Shown here: one piece after another, positions 27,710 to 43,353 of the stretch
Position numbering within the stretch: position 1 is the first letter of the stretch
How the letters are laid out: each line of letters starts with the position of its first letter
From: the human T2T-CHM13v2.0 reference genome, Homo sapiens
DNA: 64,000 nt
NCBI RefSeq assembly: GCF_009914755.1
Contig: NC_060926.1
Strand: one strand, 5' to 3'
Notes under the pieces: generated by a model
What the model saw: only the letters and a program-made list of their open reading frames with translations
Database searches by the model: none
Told to the model about the DNA's origin: nothing
Position numbers and translations under genes: made by a program

Positions 27710-30700
27710 TTTCATTTTGTGTTTCTATGTGACAAATTCATGTATACTCAAAAGTAGAAAGAATATAATAAGCTCATGTATGTCTCACCTAGTTTCAACC
27801 ATCGATAACCCATGACTAATTTTGTTTCATTGATGCCTCCAGCTTTTCCACCTCCAGCTGATTTGAAGCAATCTTCTGTTATCACTTAATTTGATTTGTG
27901 ATAGTTCACTGTGTACCTCTAAAATATGACTTTTGTAAAGCATGATTAAAGTACTACATGACATCAAAAATATGAGAATACTTCCTTAATAGCATCTAAG
28001 ATCTTGTCAGTGTTCAAATTTCCTCCACCGCATCTCACATTTTTATATTTTTTCTTGTTTGAATCAGGATAAAGTAAAGCTCATATATTGCAAGTGTTGA
28101 ATAACATGTCTCAAACCTTTTGCAAAACATGATAGGGTTTCCCTTTTGACTGTATCGTTTTTATGTGTGTGTTTTTGTTTCAATTTCTATGTTAATATAG
28201 CAGTCAATTTTTCCTCAGAGTTCCACAGTGTGGATTTTAATGATATTACCTACACAGAGTCCTTCATCACGTTCTTCTGTCTTCTGTATTTTTTCCTAAA
28301 TTGCTAGTTAGAGCTGGAAACTTGATTAGATTCAGATTATGTTTTATGTTCCAACTTCTTTGCATGTAATGTATTGCATTTCTAGCAGAATGCATGCATG
28401 GCCTCATCATCTTATTTTCTCTGATGTTAACAGCCATTGATAAATATCATCTGCATTCATTATTTGATTAGGGATTCTAAAATATCAATGTTATAATTTT
28501 ATCATTATTTTTCATATGTTATCTTTAATACATCTGAAAAGAAAAGCTACTTCTCATCAACTATTGGTTATCCTAAGATACAATTTGATTAGAATATGCA
28601 GAATAGATACTTGATTTTCAGAATAAGAACTACATTCCCTAGCCTGTTTCTAAGGTGACAAATAAAATGTTTGTCTTATTTTGTTTTACAGAAAATATAA
28701 ATTTATCAATTCAAGTATCTTCGATATGTGTTTTAAGGTGGGTTTCCTAGATATCCCATCCTAAGGCAAAGGCGTATTTATAACTATTGTATTGGAGATT
28801 GCTCCATTCTTAGAAAAACAATGGCAAACTATACTTTTCTCCATCTTGTATATTTTATACAGTTATCTTCCATTTCATATATATACTGAGTATTCCATTA
28901 TGTAACTGTACTATATATTTCTTAACTGTTCCAGTAGACGTTTAGGTTACTTCAAACCTTTTGCTATTACAAATAGTGCTACAGTAAATAGCTTTGTGCA
29001 TACATCTTTTTTTATATTAGTGGCAGTATACCTCTGTGATACCTTTCTGCCAGCGACATTGCTGGCTGAAAAAGGAAATGCATATCTAATTTACTAGATA
29101 TTGCCAAATTCCCCTCCGTAGGGTTCATATCTTTTGGCATTGCTACTGGCAATATATGAGAGAAATCTGTTTCCCTACAGCTTTGCCAACAGAGTATGTT
29201 GACAAATCTAAATTTTTACAAAAAAAATTGAAAAAATTGTATTTTAGTGTAGCTTTAACTTCCATTGCTTATGTGGATCTTTTTGTATTTTAAAGAGCCA
29301 TTTGGCTGTTTTTTTTCTTTTTAAGGAGAATTAGCTGTTCCTATTTTTTGAACATTTTTATATCAGGCAGTTGAGAATTTTCTCCTTCCTTTATATAGTT
29401 TTTCCAGCAGAATCATTATTTTTTATTTTTACGTAAGTTGGAAGGTGTTCCCTTTGGAAATTCTGATGTCGATCTGATTTTTGTTCTCTTTTTCGTAGCT
29501 CTTCTTTTGGAGGAGCTGGAATATCTCCCACTTTTTATTACTCATTTTGAAAGTTCAGTATTCTTACTTGATAATCTTGGTACATGTATTTAAGATTATA
29601 TTTAAATATCCTTTATTCCAGAAAAGTTTTATAAAATTATGATTTACAACATGTGCCCTCTTTCATTGTCTGGAATTCTTTGGAAACCCCTATTTTATGT
29701 ATGCTTACTTTTCTTATTTATCTATTAAATCTGTCACTTCTTTCATATCATTTTAAGCAATTTTTTTATTTAAAAAATGTAATTTTAAAATTACAGTTTT
29801 TCCTCATTCTCTTTTATATGAGGCAAAATTTTTGGTATTCATTTGCTCTTTCATTCCTTCTAGTGTAATGTTAACTTCTGAAATGGCTTTTTTTCTTGCT
29901 TTTTCTTCAGTTCTATCAGTCCTCATTTCAGATTATTTTGTCTAATCTTCTTAATATTGTAATTTATAAATCTAACATACTGTAATTTCCTAATTTCTAT
30001 CATTTTCTTAAAATTTTTAGCCATTTTTGAAATAGTAGGTGAAAGGTTTGTGTTTGCTTGATTTTAATAGTTTTAGGGGATGGTATGTGTTTCTATTGTA
30101 CTTTCATCCAACCTCTGTTACTTTTCCCATATTTAAATTAGATGGCTTTAACTATATTCTTAAGAAGAGAGGTTAGACCAGGATAGTTTTCCTAGATTCA
30201 TACTTTTATAATTTCTTATCATGTTGCTAATGCAAAATATTCACAGATTAACTCTTGTAGTTTTTGAGATTTGCCTTCTCAGGTTTCATTGGGATTTTCT
30301 CTTTCTCTTGCATTTTCGTGTCTCTGTATTATTCAATTTAATTTTATTTTAAGCAATTTCTCCTTAGTTTGGGACAGTTTAGTTTCTATTCTGGACAGTG
30401 CTTCAGTTGTTAAGCTCAAATATGCATAAGACACAGCATCCCATGGGCAGTCAGGCATGTTGTGATACTCATTATCAAAGCCCCTTCCTTGTTTCACCTG
30501 TTCTCAGATGGGCTCAGCTACTCATGCTTCATGTGATCTTTTAGAGTCAATACTTGTTAATGATCAGATTCTGTGTTTCCAGCTCTCAGGACCTTCCCTC
30601 CATTCTTTCTGCCTAGTTGCTATTATGATGTCCACTTTGTTGGTAGTGGTTATTTAGCCCCTCATTAAAATATACTAGAGTTTGTGAAGATACCTAGTCA

Positions 30701-30750
30701 CCTGGATTTTTGTATGCTTTCCATGTATTTTGTTTTGGTTGCTTTGTCTG
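27710..30750 (-). mobile_element. Ancient L1M (L1MC/L1ME) fragments
   Basis: T-rich antisense L1 motifs (ttttgctattacaaatagtgct, agatattgccaaatt, ccctacagctttgccaaca); boundaries approximate. Confidence 0.55.
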
Positions 30751-30904
30751 TTTTTAAAGAGGGACTTGGGAATTCCAATAGCCTACTGCCTCAGTTACCA
30801 GCTTGCTCATACCTCAGATGTGTATTTTTTGTCTCCTGTGGTGTATCAGGCTTTCTACTAGACACGTAGGCGGGTAGGGGTGAGCTAACCAAAGCATGAG
30901 AGTA

Positions 30905-31309
30905 CAGATGCTCCTAAACTTATGATGGGGTTATGTCCAGATACACCCATAGTAAGTTGAATATATTAAATATTAAAGATGCATTTAACACACCTAACCT
31001 ACTGAGCATCATAGCTTAGCTTAGCTTACCTTAAACATGCTCAGAACACTTAACATTAGTCTACACTTGGGCAAAATCATCTGGCAACACAGTACACTGC
31101 AGAGTATCAATTATGTGCCCTTGCGTTTGCTGCAGCCTGCTTTCACTGCCCACACAGCATTGCAAGATAATTTTCTACTGCATATTCTCAGCTTAGAAAA
31201 GATCAAAATCAAAATTCAAAATACAGTTTATTCTGAATGTGTATTGCTTTCACACCATGTTAAAGTTGAAAATTTGTAGGTTAAACCATTGCAAGTCAGG
31301 GACCATCTG
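30905..31309 (+). mobile_element. MER47B TcMar-Tigger non-autonomous DNA transposon
   Basis: TIRs cagatgctcct..actt / aagtcagggaccatctg; TA target duplication both sides; internal acacctaacctac..catagcttagc. Confidence 0.9.
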
Positions 31310-31578
31310 TATTAGTGATGATGTTTGAGGCTAGAGACATGAACAAAAAACAGTTTATATACTAGGCAAACAATGGCTAGTTGTAAAAGAGAGCATTATA
31401 CAATTTTATTCAGGGAGCGACATGATGATACTTATATTTTAGGAGAAACATACCAGAGTCCTCTGAAAGCAGGTTGGAGAGAGATGCTTTGAAGGTAGGC
31501 TGTGATTAATTCTGAGATTTCTGCCTGCCATTCCAGAACATTTCCATCAGGCTCCCCCTTCTTCACCCCACTCTTTGA

Positions 31579-32011
<433 letters not shown>

Positions 32012-32079
32012 TAAATATTTTTAAAGATTTAAATATTTTAAAAATTACTGAAGTTTGGAAATATAAATACATTAGTTTT

Positions 32080-33400
32080 TCTTTGATTTTTAGAGTAACA
32101 TGGCTACTATTGTCTATTTGCATTTCTAAGTGAATTTCAAAATCAGTTTGTCAACTTCCACAAAAGTAAAACTTGCTTGAATTTAGCATCCGGTAGAATC
32201 TATAAGACAATTTGAAGATAGCCAATATTTTACAATACTGCGTGTCTTCCAATCTATAAAATGTATCATGCTAAAACTGTAAGAAATAAAAAATGTCTAT
32301 TGTTTGATATTAAAAGTAATTGATTCCACACTAAAATATGTCCAAGTAAATAAGCTACAGGTCTAACTGGCTACTCTCACATATTCTTGCAAATATTTAA
32401 TGAAGCAATAATACAACTCTTAAAACAAAATCTTTCAGAAAACAAAATATAAGTGACAGCTTCTAACTTACAAGGCTGATACTCAAATCTGAAAAATATA
32501 AGAAAAAAATTTACAGAATAAACATAGATGCAAAAATACTAAACAATGTAGTAGAAAACTCCCATGCTTATCAGCAGTGGGATTGTGCCTGTGGACAGCC
32601 ACTGCACTCCAGCTTGGGCAACATAGTCAGACTCTGTCCCTTAAAATAATAATAATAATAATAATACATTTTATATCCAACATTTTACCAATAGAATAGT
32701 GCATAAAGTCAAATTGTAGTTTATTCCAAGAATACAAGGTACTTAACAAAATTCATTAACATAACTCAACAATGTAATTCTATAATGAATAAAAGGAGAA
32801 AAATCCTTTTGTCATATCTATAGATGCAGAAGGAGAAATTAATATGTAATATTATAAATATTTCTTCACATTAACAATAAAAGGAAATTTATGATATTTT
32901 AATGATTAACTATAAAAAAGCAAATATCACATTTAATCATGAAATATTGAAAGCATTAATCCTGATGTTCTCAAATAAGGCAAGATCAGAAAATGAAAAA
33001 CGAAGTTAACAAATTGTGTATATAGAAAATCCAAAAGAATCTACAAAGAAAAAATTAAAAATGTGTGAATATACCATGATTGCTGGGTACAAGGGCAATA
33101 GAGCAAAAGCACTTGTGTTTTTACATGCTAGCAGCAAGAAAATAGAAAATAATAATTTAAATATTATTCCACATGAAGTGTTATTTTAAAATATCAAATA
33201 CCCAGAAATAAATCTAACAAAAGATTTAAAAACTTCTGTACTTCTAATGAATTCCACACTCCCACCTAAAACATTAGAGAAATTAAAGAAGACCTACATA
33301 CATGGAAGTTTATACACAATTTTCATAGCTTGAAAGACTTGCTACCTTTAAGATGTCAGTTCTATTTGAATCAATCTACAGATCAATGCAATCATATTTG
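32080..33400. mobile_element. Old L1M ORF2 pieces: minus ~32080-32265, plus ~32320-33400
   Basis: Antisense aaaatcagtttgtcaa..tcttccaatc; sense aacatagatgcaaaaat, tagatgcagaa, tatatagaaaatccaaaagaatctaca. Confidence 0.7.
32555..32666 (+). pseudogene. 5'-truncated 7SL (SRP) RNA retropseudogene with (TAA)n tail
   Basis: aaaactcccatgcttatcagcagtgggattgtgcctgtggacagccactgcactccagcttgggcaacatag matches 7SL 3' AAAACTCCCGTGCTGATCAGTAGTGGGATCGCGCCTGTGAATAGCCACTGCACTCCAGCCTGGGCAACATAG. Confidence 0.88.
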
Positions 33401-35219
33401 GTACCATATTCCCCTCTGTACAACAGTTGTTTCCTATCACAAACATGTAGGAATTACTGGCTAACCCACATTTTTTCTACTTTGTGTAGAAATGCTGATA
33501 TTTTTATTCTATAAAGAATCTCAGAAAAACAAATATGAAAAAGAAAAACAAATTTCCCAGTGTGCTTCTCTACTTGACTCAGTGAGGTTACCTTATCACT
33601 CAGTAACTTCAGGTAATAAGAGAAATTGTTGGTAGAATGTGATCTAATACCATCCTCACTATGCTTTTTCTCATTTCAAAAAAGACATTTAAAAGATGAC
33701 TCAATGTCATCTCTCAAAGAAGGCCATTTTACAACCAGCCTGCTTCAATGTTTTTATCTGACAGTGCTGGCCTTAGGATACTCTTTCAACACAATAAATT
33801 ATTCCACACCAAAATTAAACCAAGTCACCAATACTAGGATAGAAAATGATGGCTATGGTTGTGAAATGCTTTTAATGGGAAATGGATGAGGAGCTTCTGT
33901 GAGGCATATTCCATGTACTAACTTGTTCTTTCCGTACTATGAGCCCTGAGGAAATAACTACTTTCTCTTTAAAATGGTACAGATGGAGAGAAATTAAAAA
34001 AACTTACCAAGGTTCACACCTGGAGTTTGGAGTAGAATTCAAGTTTTATAAGAGACGATGGCCCATTTATCTTTTGATATAAAACCTCTTGTCCTTATGC
34101 TATGAAAAAGAGGTCATTGATGGTGATTCATGATTCTGCACATGGAAGGCCCCACACTGCAATCTCTTCTCACTAAAATTACACTCCTAGGTTGCCAATG
34201 GGGATGAAGCCAAGAAATCTGAATTTAACAAGCACTCTGGGAAATAATAATAATTGTTATTATAATTTTAACAGTGTCTAACGTTTATTGAGCACACACT
34301 TCATAGGCATTATCTTTTCTAATTTTAGAGCACCACTAAATAGTGTTATTATTGCAATCACTAATACTATGCTACAGATGTGGCAATTCGCGGTGCTATA
34401 GCTATGAAGCCAACTTGTAACTACTACACTCAACACAACTCTTGAGTATTCATTGAGAAACCTCAGCCTAGACCTTCTCTAGCCAAGGACAACTCATAAC
34501 TGAGAAGCCATGCTAAGATGGTTTTCTGAAACTAGGGATATAGGAAAGCCAAGAAATAACCAAAAATACACCAAAGAGGTAAATAGAAGGGAGTAAATAG
34601 AAGTGTCCACTGCTTTTCTCATTGCACTTAGCTGCGTGGGACTGATTCACTCTTATTGCTGCTTGTGTACTGGATTTGATGTGGCTGAGTTTCATCTAAT
34701 TTATTCAGTGCTTAATTGTGCCAATTATACTGGTATAAATTTTTAAGAGAGGCATTGTCATAGATGATCTAGTCCCATATCCCTGTTATTTTAAAGATAG
34801 AGGAAAGCAGATCAAGACAAACAAAATGGTCATTTTCAGAATACACAACTAGTCATCCTCAAAACAGCAACAACTCAGGCTTCCTACCTCTTTATGTCGT
34901 GGTTCTTCTCTTTAATCTTGGAATCTGCCCAGCTCTGTATCCTCACATCAAACTTTCAGAAGTTTTTCATTCTAAATCAAACTACACATATCTCCAGAAA
35001 AAGGGTAGCATTTGAGCAAACTTGCACAAAAGGTAGAAATATTAAGCAAATATAAAGTTTTACATGCAAAACCCCACAATTTTCCTAAAGTCATAGAGGC
35101 CAGACTACTTCAGTACTGTGACTTTGTTAACAAGAGAGAAATGTTGGTTCGTAACTGCTGTAATTAGAAATACCCAGATAGTTTCAGTTTCCAAATATGT
35201 TTCTTTTTTTAGGTGCAGA

Positions 35220-35330
35220 TTTTATTTTATTTTATTTCATTAACTTATTTTTATTTGACAAATAATTGTTTATATTTATGGGGTACAATGAAATATTCTG
35301 ATCTATGTATACCTTGTAGAAAGATTAAAT
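35220..35330 (-). mobile_element. Short L1MA 3' terminal fragment
   Basis: tttgacaaataattgtttatatttatggggtacaatg after a T-rich tail. Confidence 0.75.
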
Positions 35331-35968
35331 GAATAGTGCTACTGGGTTGGAGAAAACATTTTGCTCACATGGTTTCTGAAAAGTCTTTTCTTCAGTGTTC
35401 AAATTAATCAAAGTCAAAATTGTAGTAAAATTGAACATTCACAGAGGAACCGTGAATGAGTTTAATTAGTGCTGACTTCAAAGAAAATCATAGGAATTTA
35501 CCTGACAGAATTTAGTTCATAATCGAACAGACATAAAATTTTTTCTATTTTTACTTATGATTCACCCATAAAGAAATACATAACAGTGATTTTCCTCTGA
35601 GACCCTATTTATAATGAATTTGTCAATGTAAGCGAAGTTTAGTTTTCATATTTTTTCACTTCCCTACGACAGTCCTTGACATTCTCTATAGGAGACAAAT
35701 TTTATTTACTACTCCTGGACAAATATCTGGCAGAGAATTATGGCAATTATGAATACTTCTAAGCTTAAATAATTGATAGTCATTTTTGCTTTATCCTGTT
35801 TTTATAACATTTCTAATTGAATAAAGAAAAAGAAAAGGCAATTTTAGGAAATTCTCCTTTTTCCCAGTCATTGTGCATGCATGCATGCTTGCATGTTTTC
35901 CGCCCCTTCTCTACAACATTTCTCTACAACATTTTAACCAGGTATATAACTTAAAACTAAGAAATCTT

Positions 35969-36076
35969 TAAGGAAGGAAAGAAGGAAGGAAGGAGGGGAG
36001 GAATGAAGGAAGGAAGGAAGGAACGAAGGAAGAAGGGAAGGAAGGAAGGAAGGATTAGGAGGATGGGAAAGGAAAA
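35969..36076. repeat. (GGAA)n imperfect microsatellite
   Basis: Seen directly. Confidence 0.9.
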
Positions 36077-36129
36077 ACTTATTATCATTACTTCCAGAAA
36101 ATATTTTTTTTCTATATAGTACCCTAATG

Positions 36130-38610
<2,481 letters not shown>

Positions 38611-39859
38611 AGGAAAGAAAGAAGGAAGGAAGTCAGATCCAGGTCTTTTTACTTCAAAAGATGATGATATGTAAATGGAGGTGGTTCAAGCTGTTCATGT
38701 AATAATAAACAGTTTTCCAAAATAAATGTAGGTGTATCGCTTCCACCGTTACATCCTTCAATGAGTTCTCAAATTAGCAATTTATATTTGAAGTTTAATT
38801 ATCTTGGGCAAGTCCATGTGCTTGTAATTCTGATTGATATTACATCCAATATAATACCTCCATATCGATTGTCCTTAGTTGTAAATTAGTGGTCAGTTTT
38901 TATTATTAGTAGGTCATACACTCCTTGGCTTTAAGCTTTCATTCTCCCAGACTTAAACTGGATCATGTCATATGTGAGGGAAAGTGAAATGTGTCGGATT
39001 TTTTTCCCAGAAACCTTGCTTATACAGTAAAATAGTTGTGCTGCTATTCTCTGAATTAGGGTACTCTAAAAGAAGACCTAATTTTGGGGGAAGACTATAT
39101 GTTAGACTTTGTGACTCTTTTGTCTTCCTCAAGGACATTGTAATAGATTCCATCATCAACCTTTACTATGTCATCCATCTTCAGGTTGACTATGGAGTCC
39201 TGCTGGCTTCTAAGACTCCATCAGTCTAAATAATTCCTTACAAAGAGGAAGTCCTCACATTCTTAATGATGAGCATCTTAAACTGAATAAAGAGATAGTA
39301 AAGTGCCAAAAATCAATAAAATTGATATCAAATTAATTTCTATATAGAGAAAGCAATTCCCTTAATGCAATGTGACCAACTATGTATCAGGCTTTTCCTC
39401 TGGTGCATTTGCTTAATCTCCAAGTCACATGACCCTTTCATTTCCTCTTCACTGTCTGCTGATGTCTTCAGAGCTACACTTCTTACCTCCGGCTTCTTTC
39501 CCATCCAATTTATCCATGAATTTGCTGCCACATTAAGCTTCCTAGAACCTAAGGTAGCAGATGGGCTGCTATTCACTACTGGAGGAATGAACCAGGTGAT
39601 TCAATCCATTTTGTTATAAACAGCTACCTTTTGTTTCTGAACTCCAAAAGCAAATTATCTGCATCTGTCTTAGGGTACTTGGAACATTCTACATTCTATT
39701 ACACCTGGGCATCTCGACTATGAACTATGCGTGAATTTATGGTTCCTCTTGCTTTTAGTATATGGCTTACTGCCTGTCATTCTGCTTTATACATAGTTCA
39801 TGCCCAGGGAAGTTTGGTTAAAAATACATTAATTAATTAATTAATTAGAGAATGAACTG

Positions 39860-40640
39860 ATTTTTCTCATTTATTGATTCATCCATCCAACTACTTTTTG
39901 CTAAGTGTATAACATGTGTCAGTTACTGTGCTATATACTGGGAACAGAGCAGTCAGGAAGACAAATTTCTACCCTCTGGGGATTCACATTGTTATAGACT
40001 AAACTGAAATTTGGTAATACAATAAATAAATATATACGGACAAGTAGGAAAAAAGTCATAGATACTAACAGGTTAAGATAATAGGAAAATGAAAATGAAA
40101 GAATGGTGTGGGGGGATGATGGTGTGTAAGGCACCTATTGTAGATGATGTGACTGACATAGGCATCTATGCTTTCCAAAATGGTGATGTTTGAGCTGAGA
40201 TGTGAATGTTGAGAAGTAGCCAGCCATGAGAAAATTTGGGAGACAAGCACTCTCGGCAGATGAACAGCAAGGGCCAGAACCCCATGCAGGAACCAGCTTG
40301 GAATTTTCATCAAGCAGACTTGGTGGTTCTAGATGGAGTGAAACAAATGTGTTATCTGAGGTGGTATGAATGACCAGGGCAAAGACTATACCACATGGGC
40401 CTTGTAGAGCAAGATAGGGGTTTGAGACATATTGTAGGAATGATAAAAAGCCATTAGAAGATTTTGAGCAGTGAGTGTTAAGAATGAATTGTGAAATTGT
40501 GGTAGGAAGAGGAGTTGTAGACTACTACATTAATCTGTCAGTGGCTTCAATTAGAATCGAAAGAGTAGTGACAGTGTGAGATGAATCAATACAGCCATTC
40601 ATACTAAGGTAGAGCTGACAGCGTGGGCCAGTGGATTGAC
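39860..40640 (-). mobile_element. L2 3' region
   Basis: attcatccatccaac tail; tgatgtttgagctgagatgtgaatg; aagccattagaagattttgagcag. Confidence 0.7.
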
Positions 40641-41154
40641 CTTTCTCAGCCCTAACTTCACGGGTCTGAGAATGTGAGAAATTGTGTTTAAGAAAAGTAT
40701 CTAAGAAGAGGCACCACAGGGATCAATGTGGGGCTAGATAACATTGAATGCATACCCCGCAACCCCAGCAGAAACAGAAAAAAATGATATTTTAGAGCTA
40801 AATTATAATATCAATATATTTGAAATAAAATCAGTGATGCTCAACTGTTTCTAAAAAGAAGACATACCTCTATTACTTGTCTGGAAATGTATTAAACTTT
40901 TAACTGATCTACACCTGGGAATTTGGTAAACCATAAAACTATTGAAGGAAAAATAATCTCAAAGGTCAAATCAGCAGTGATCTTAAAAGAATAATTCTCA
41001 GCTTAAGGACATTTTTTTTTCTAAACCCGGCAAAATAACTGTTACTTCTGTGAAAGATACATTAAACTTTTTTAGCTGAATGTCACTGAACATTTATTGA
41101 GCCCTGATTCTCTGTTTGCCAAGTACTTTTCTGATTAAAAATGCATACTCATAG

Positions 41155-41312
41155 CAGGAGATCTTAACCTGGAGCCCATGGATGGGCTTCAAGTCACCAT
41201 TAAATCTCTGCATTTCTGTGCAAATGTTCATTTAAATTTGCTAAGGGAAGGTCATCATGTTTGACTAAATTACCCAAGAGCTTTATGATACCATAAAGGG
41301 TAAGTACCCTTG
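41155..41312 (+). mobile_element. MER103-like hAT-Charlie MITE
   Basis: caggagatcttaacctggagcccatggatgggcttca start with a decayed matching end. Confidence 0.55.
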
Positions 41313-42881
41313 GCCTACAGAGAGAGAAAGTAATGGCAGTTACTTTTTAATCCTTACCTTCTCTCAAAAGCGAGATGAGAAAGGCCACTTCAGGTTCTCT
41401 TTTGTCCCTTAGCTCTTCTTACACTGGTCTTTTTATTCAGTGTTGAACTTAGCTGTAATTATGTTACAACCTGTGTTAGAGCTTTCTTTTCCCGTGCTGC
41501 TATAACTCTACCATGGTAGCTGACTCAAACCCTTGGTGGCTTCCACAATTTGCATGCCAATTTTGATCTTCCGTGAAAGTCATGTGCCCATCTCATTCAT
41601 CCCCAACGTCAACTTTATACTTAGACTTCTTTTGAAATAGAGGAAAATGCACTGTGCGAAGTAGGGGCATGAGGTTGAGGGAATAGTCATGTGTTGCCAT
41701 ATTCCTTCCTAATTTTCCCAGCCCTAGATAGAACTAGATGGATCTATGAAATCTAATTGTAATTTTTGGTAAACTATTATCGAATACTTTGTTTGTATTA
41801 GACAAATTCAGATGTTGCCTTATTTAATTCTCACAGAAGAAAAGAGAGTCACTTCTCACAAAAGATTGAGAGTTAAGTCTTGCAGATGAGAGTTGGTACT
41901 GAGAAACTTGCTTGGACCTATTCCAATTAGCACTATTCATTTGTTAAAAGAAGAAATTGCGCTAGGAAATTAATAGCATTATTACAATAAATCTCTAAAA
42001 GAGTACCTACATTTTGGGTTGTTATCCTTATTAAAAATTAGGAAACAGAGGACCAAAGGCAGTAAATAACATGTTGAAGCCTAGCTGGCCAATAGTGAAA
42101 TGATTCAAACCAATTCTAAAATGTATGCTCTTCCTCCTACAAATGAAACCTCGTCTCTTGACTATCGAATTAATGTCCTTTCCACTACTTATGATAGTTT
42201 TCACTCACATTTAAATATCTCAATTTGAAGTCATATAGTCATACACATTAATTTATTAAAGTTTTGCAGCTTTTTAAATACAAAAACCAAGTTAACATAC
42301 ATCCTAAATTTCACAGATCTGGTAACAGAAAAATCATCTGATTTTTAATCCAATGCTCTTTCTATAATGTAGCCACGCTTTTCATCTAATGAGCAAAAAT
42401 AGAAACTATCTCAAAAACAAATAAACTTTGAAGAATATTTTTACAATGCAGCCTGTGCAGTTTTTAAAACCTACCTTCACTGTTTCCCAAGTCAAAATAA
42501 TTGATGCAGTCATTTGGTAGAGCACCTCTCAGCAAACTGTTTTCCAAGCTATTTCACATCTGGCCCTTCTCACAGATGTTTCTAGTAGTAAACATAGCTG
42601 AAGAGAAATAAGATTAAGATAACAGCAAGAATCTGAGATTGGAAACGTGCCCTGTAATTTATTTTCAGTCTATAGTTTTTTATTTAGCAGCAGACATTCT
42701 AGAAATATTGTTACCAAGAATATAGAAAGATTTTCAAAACTTTCAGAGCGGTGATTGTCTGAAATCAGAATTGCATGCATATGGAATCACATGAGTGCTC
42801 TTTAATAAGTAATAGCCATGGAATAAATCACATAAAGGGTGGTGATTAGTTTAGCTATCATTATTCACTCATGAAAAGTGC

Positions 42882-43353
42882 TATATTAGTTTTTTTTTGC
42901 TTTCATAACAAACTATAAACCTTGTAGCTTAGAACAACACCAATTTATTACTTACAGTTCTGCAGGTCAGAAGTCTGACATGAGTCTCCCTTGGTGTTCC
43001 CCTCTAGAGGCTGTAAGGAAGAATAAGTTTCCTTGCATTTTCAGCTTCTAGAGGTTGCCAGCATTCCTTGGCTCATGGCTTTCTAACTCAATTTTCTAAG
43101 CCTGTAACAGTAGGTTGAATAAATCTCAAATCATATCTCTCTGACTGCCTCTTCTGCCTCCCACTTCCGTTTTTAAGGACTCTTATAATTACGTCTGGAT
43201 TATCCAGAGCAATCTTCCTTGGTTAAGATCAGCTAATTAACAATTTTAATTCAATCTTAACACTAATTTCCCTTTGCCTTGTGATGTAACATATTCATAG
43301 GTTCTGAGGATAAAGATGTGGACATCTTTGGGGGACTGTTTCTGCTTTCTACA
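42882..43353 (-). mobile_element. MLT1C/D MaLR solo LTR
   Basis: acagttctgcaggtcagaagtctga, gcattccttggctcatggc, gtaacatattcataggttc..gtggacatctttgggg. Confidence 0.85.

Noticed and set aside
35908-35933. 13-bp tandem duplication tctctacaacatt
   Set aside because: Ordinary slippage duplication.
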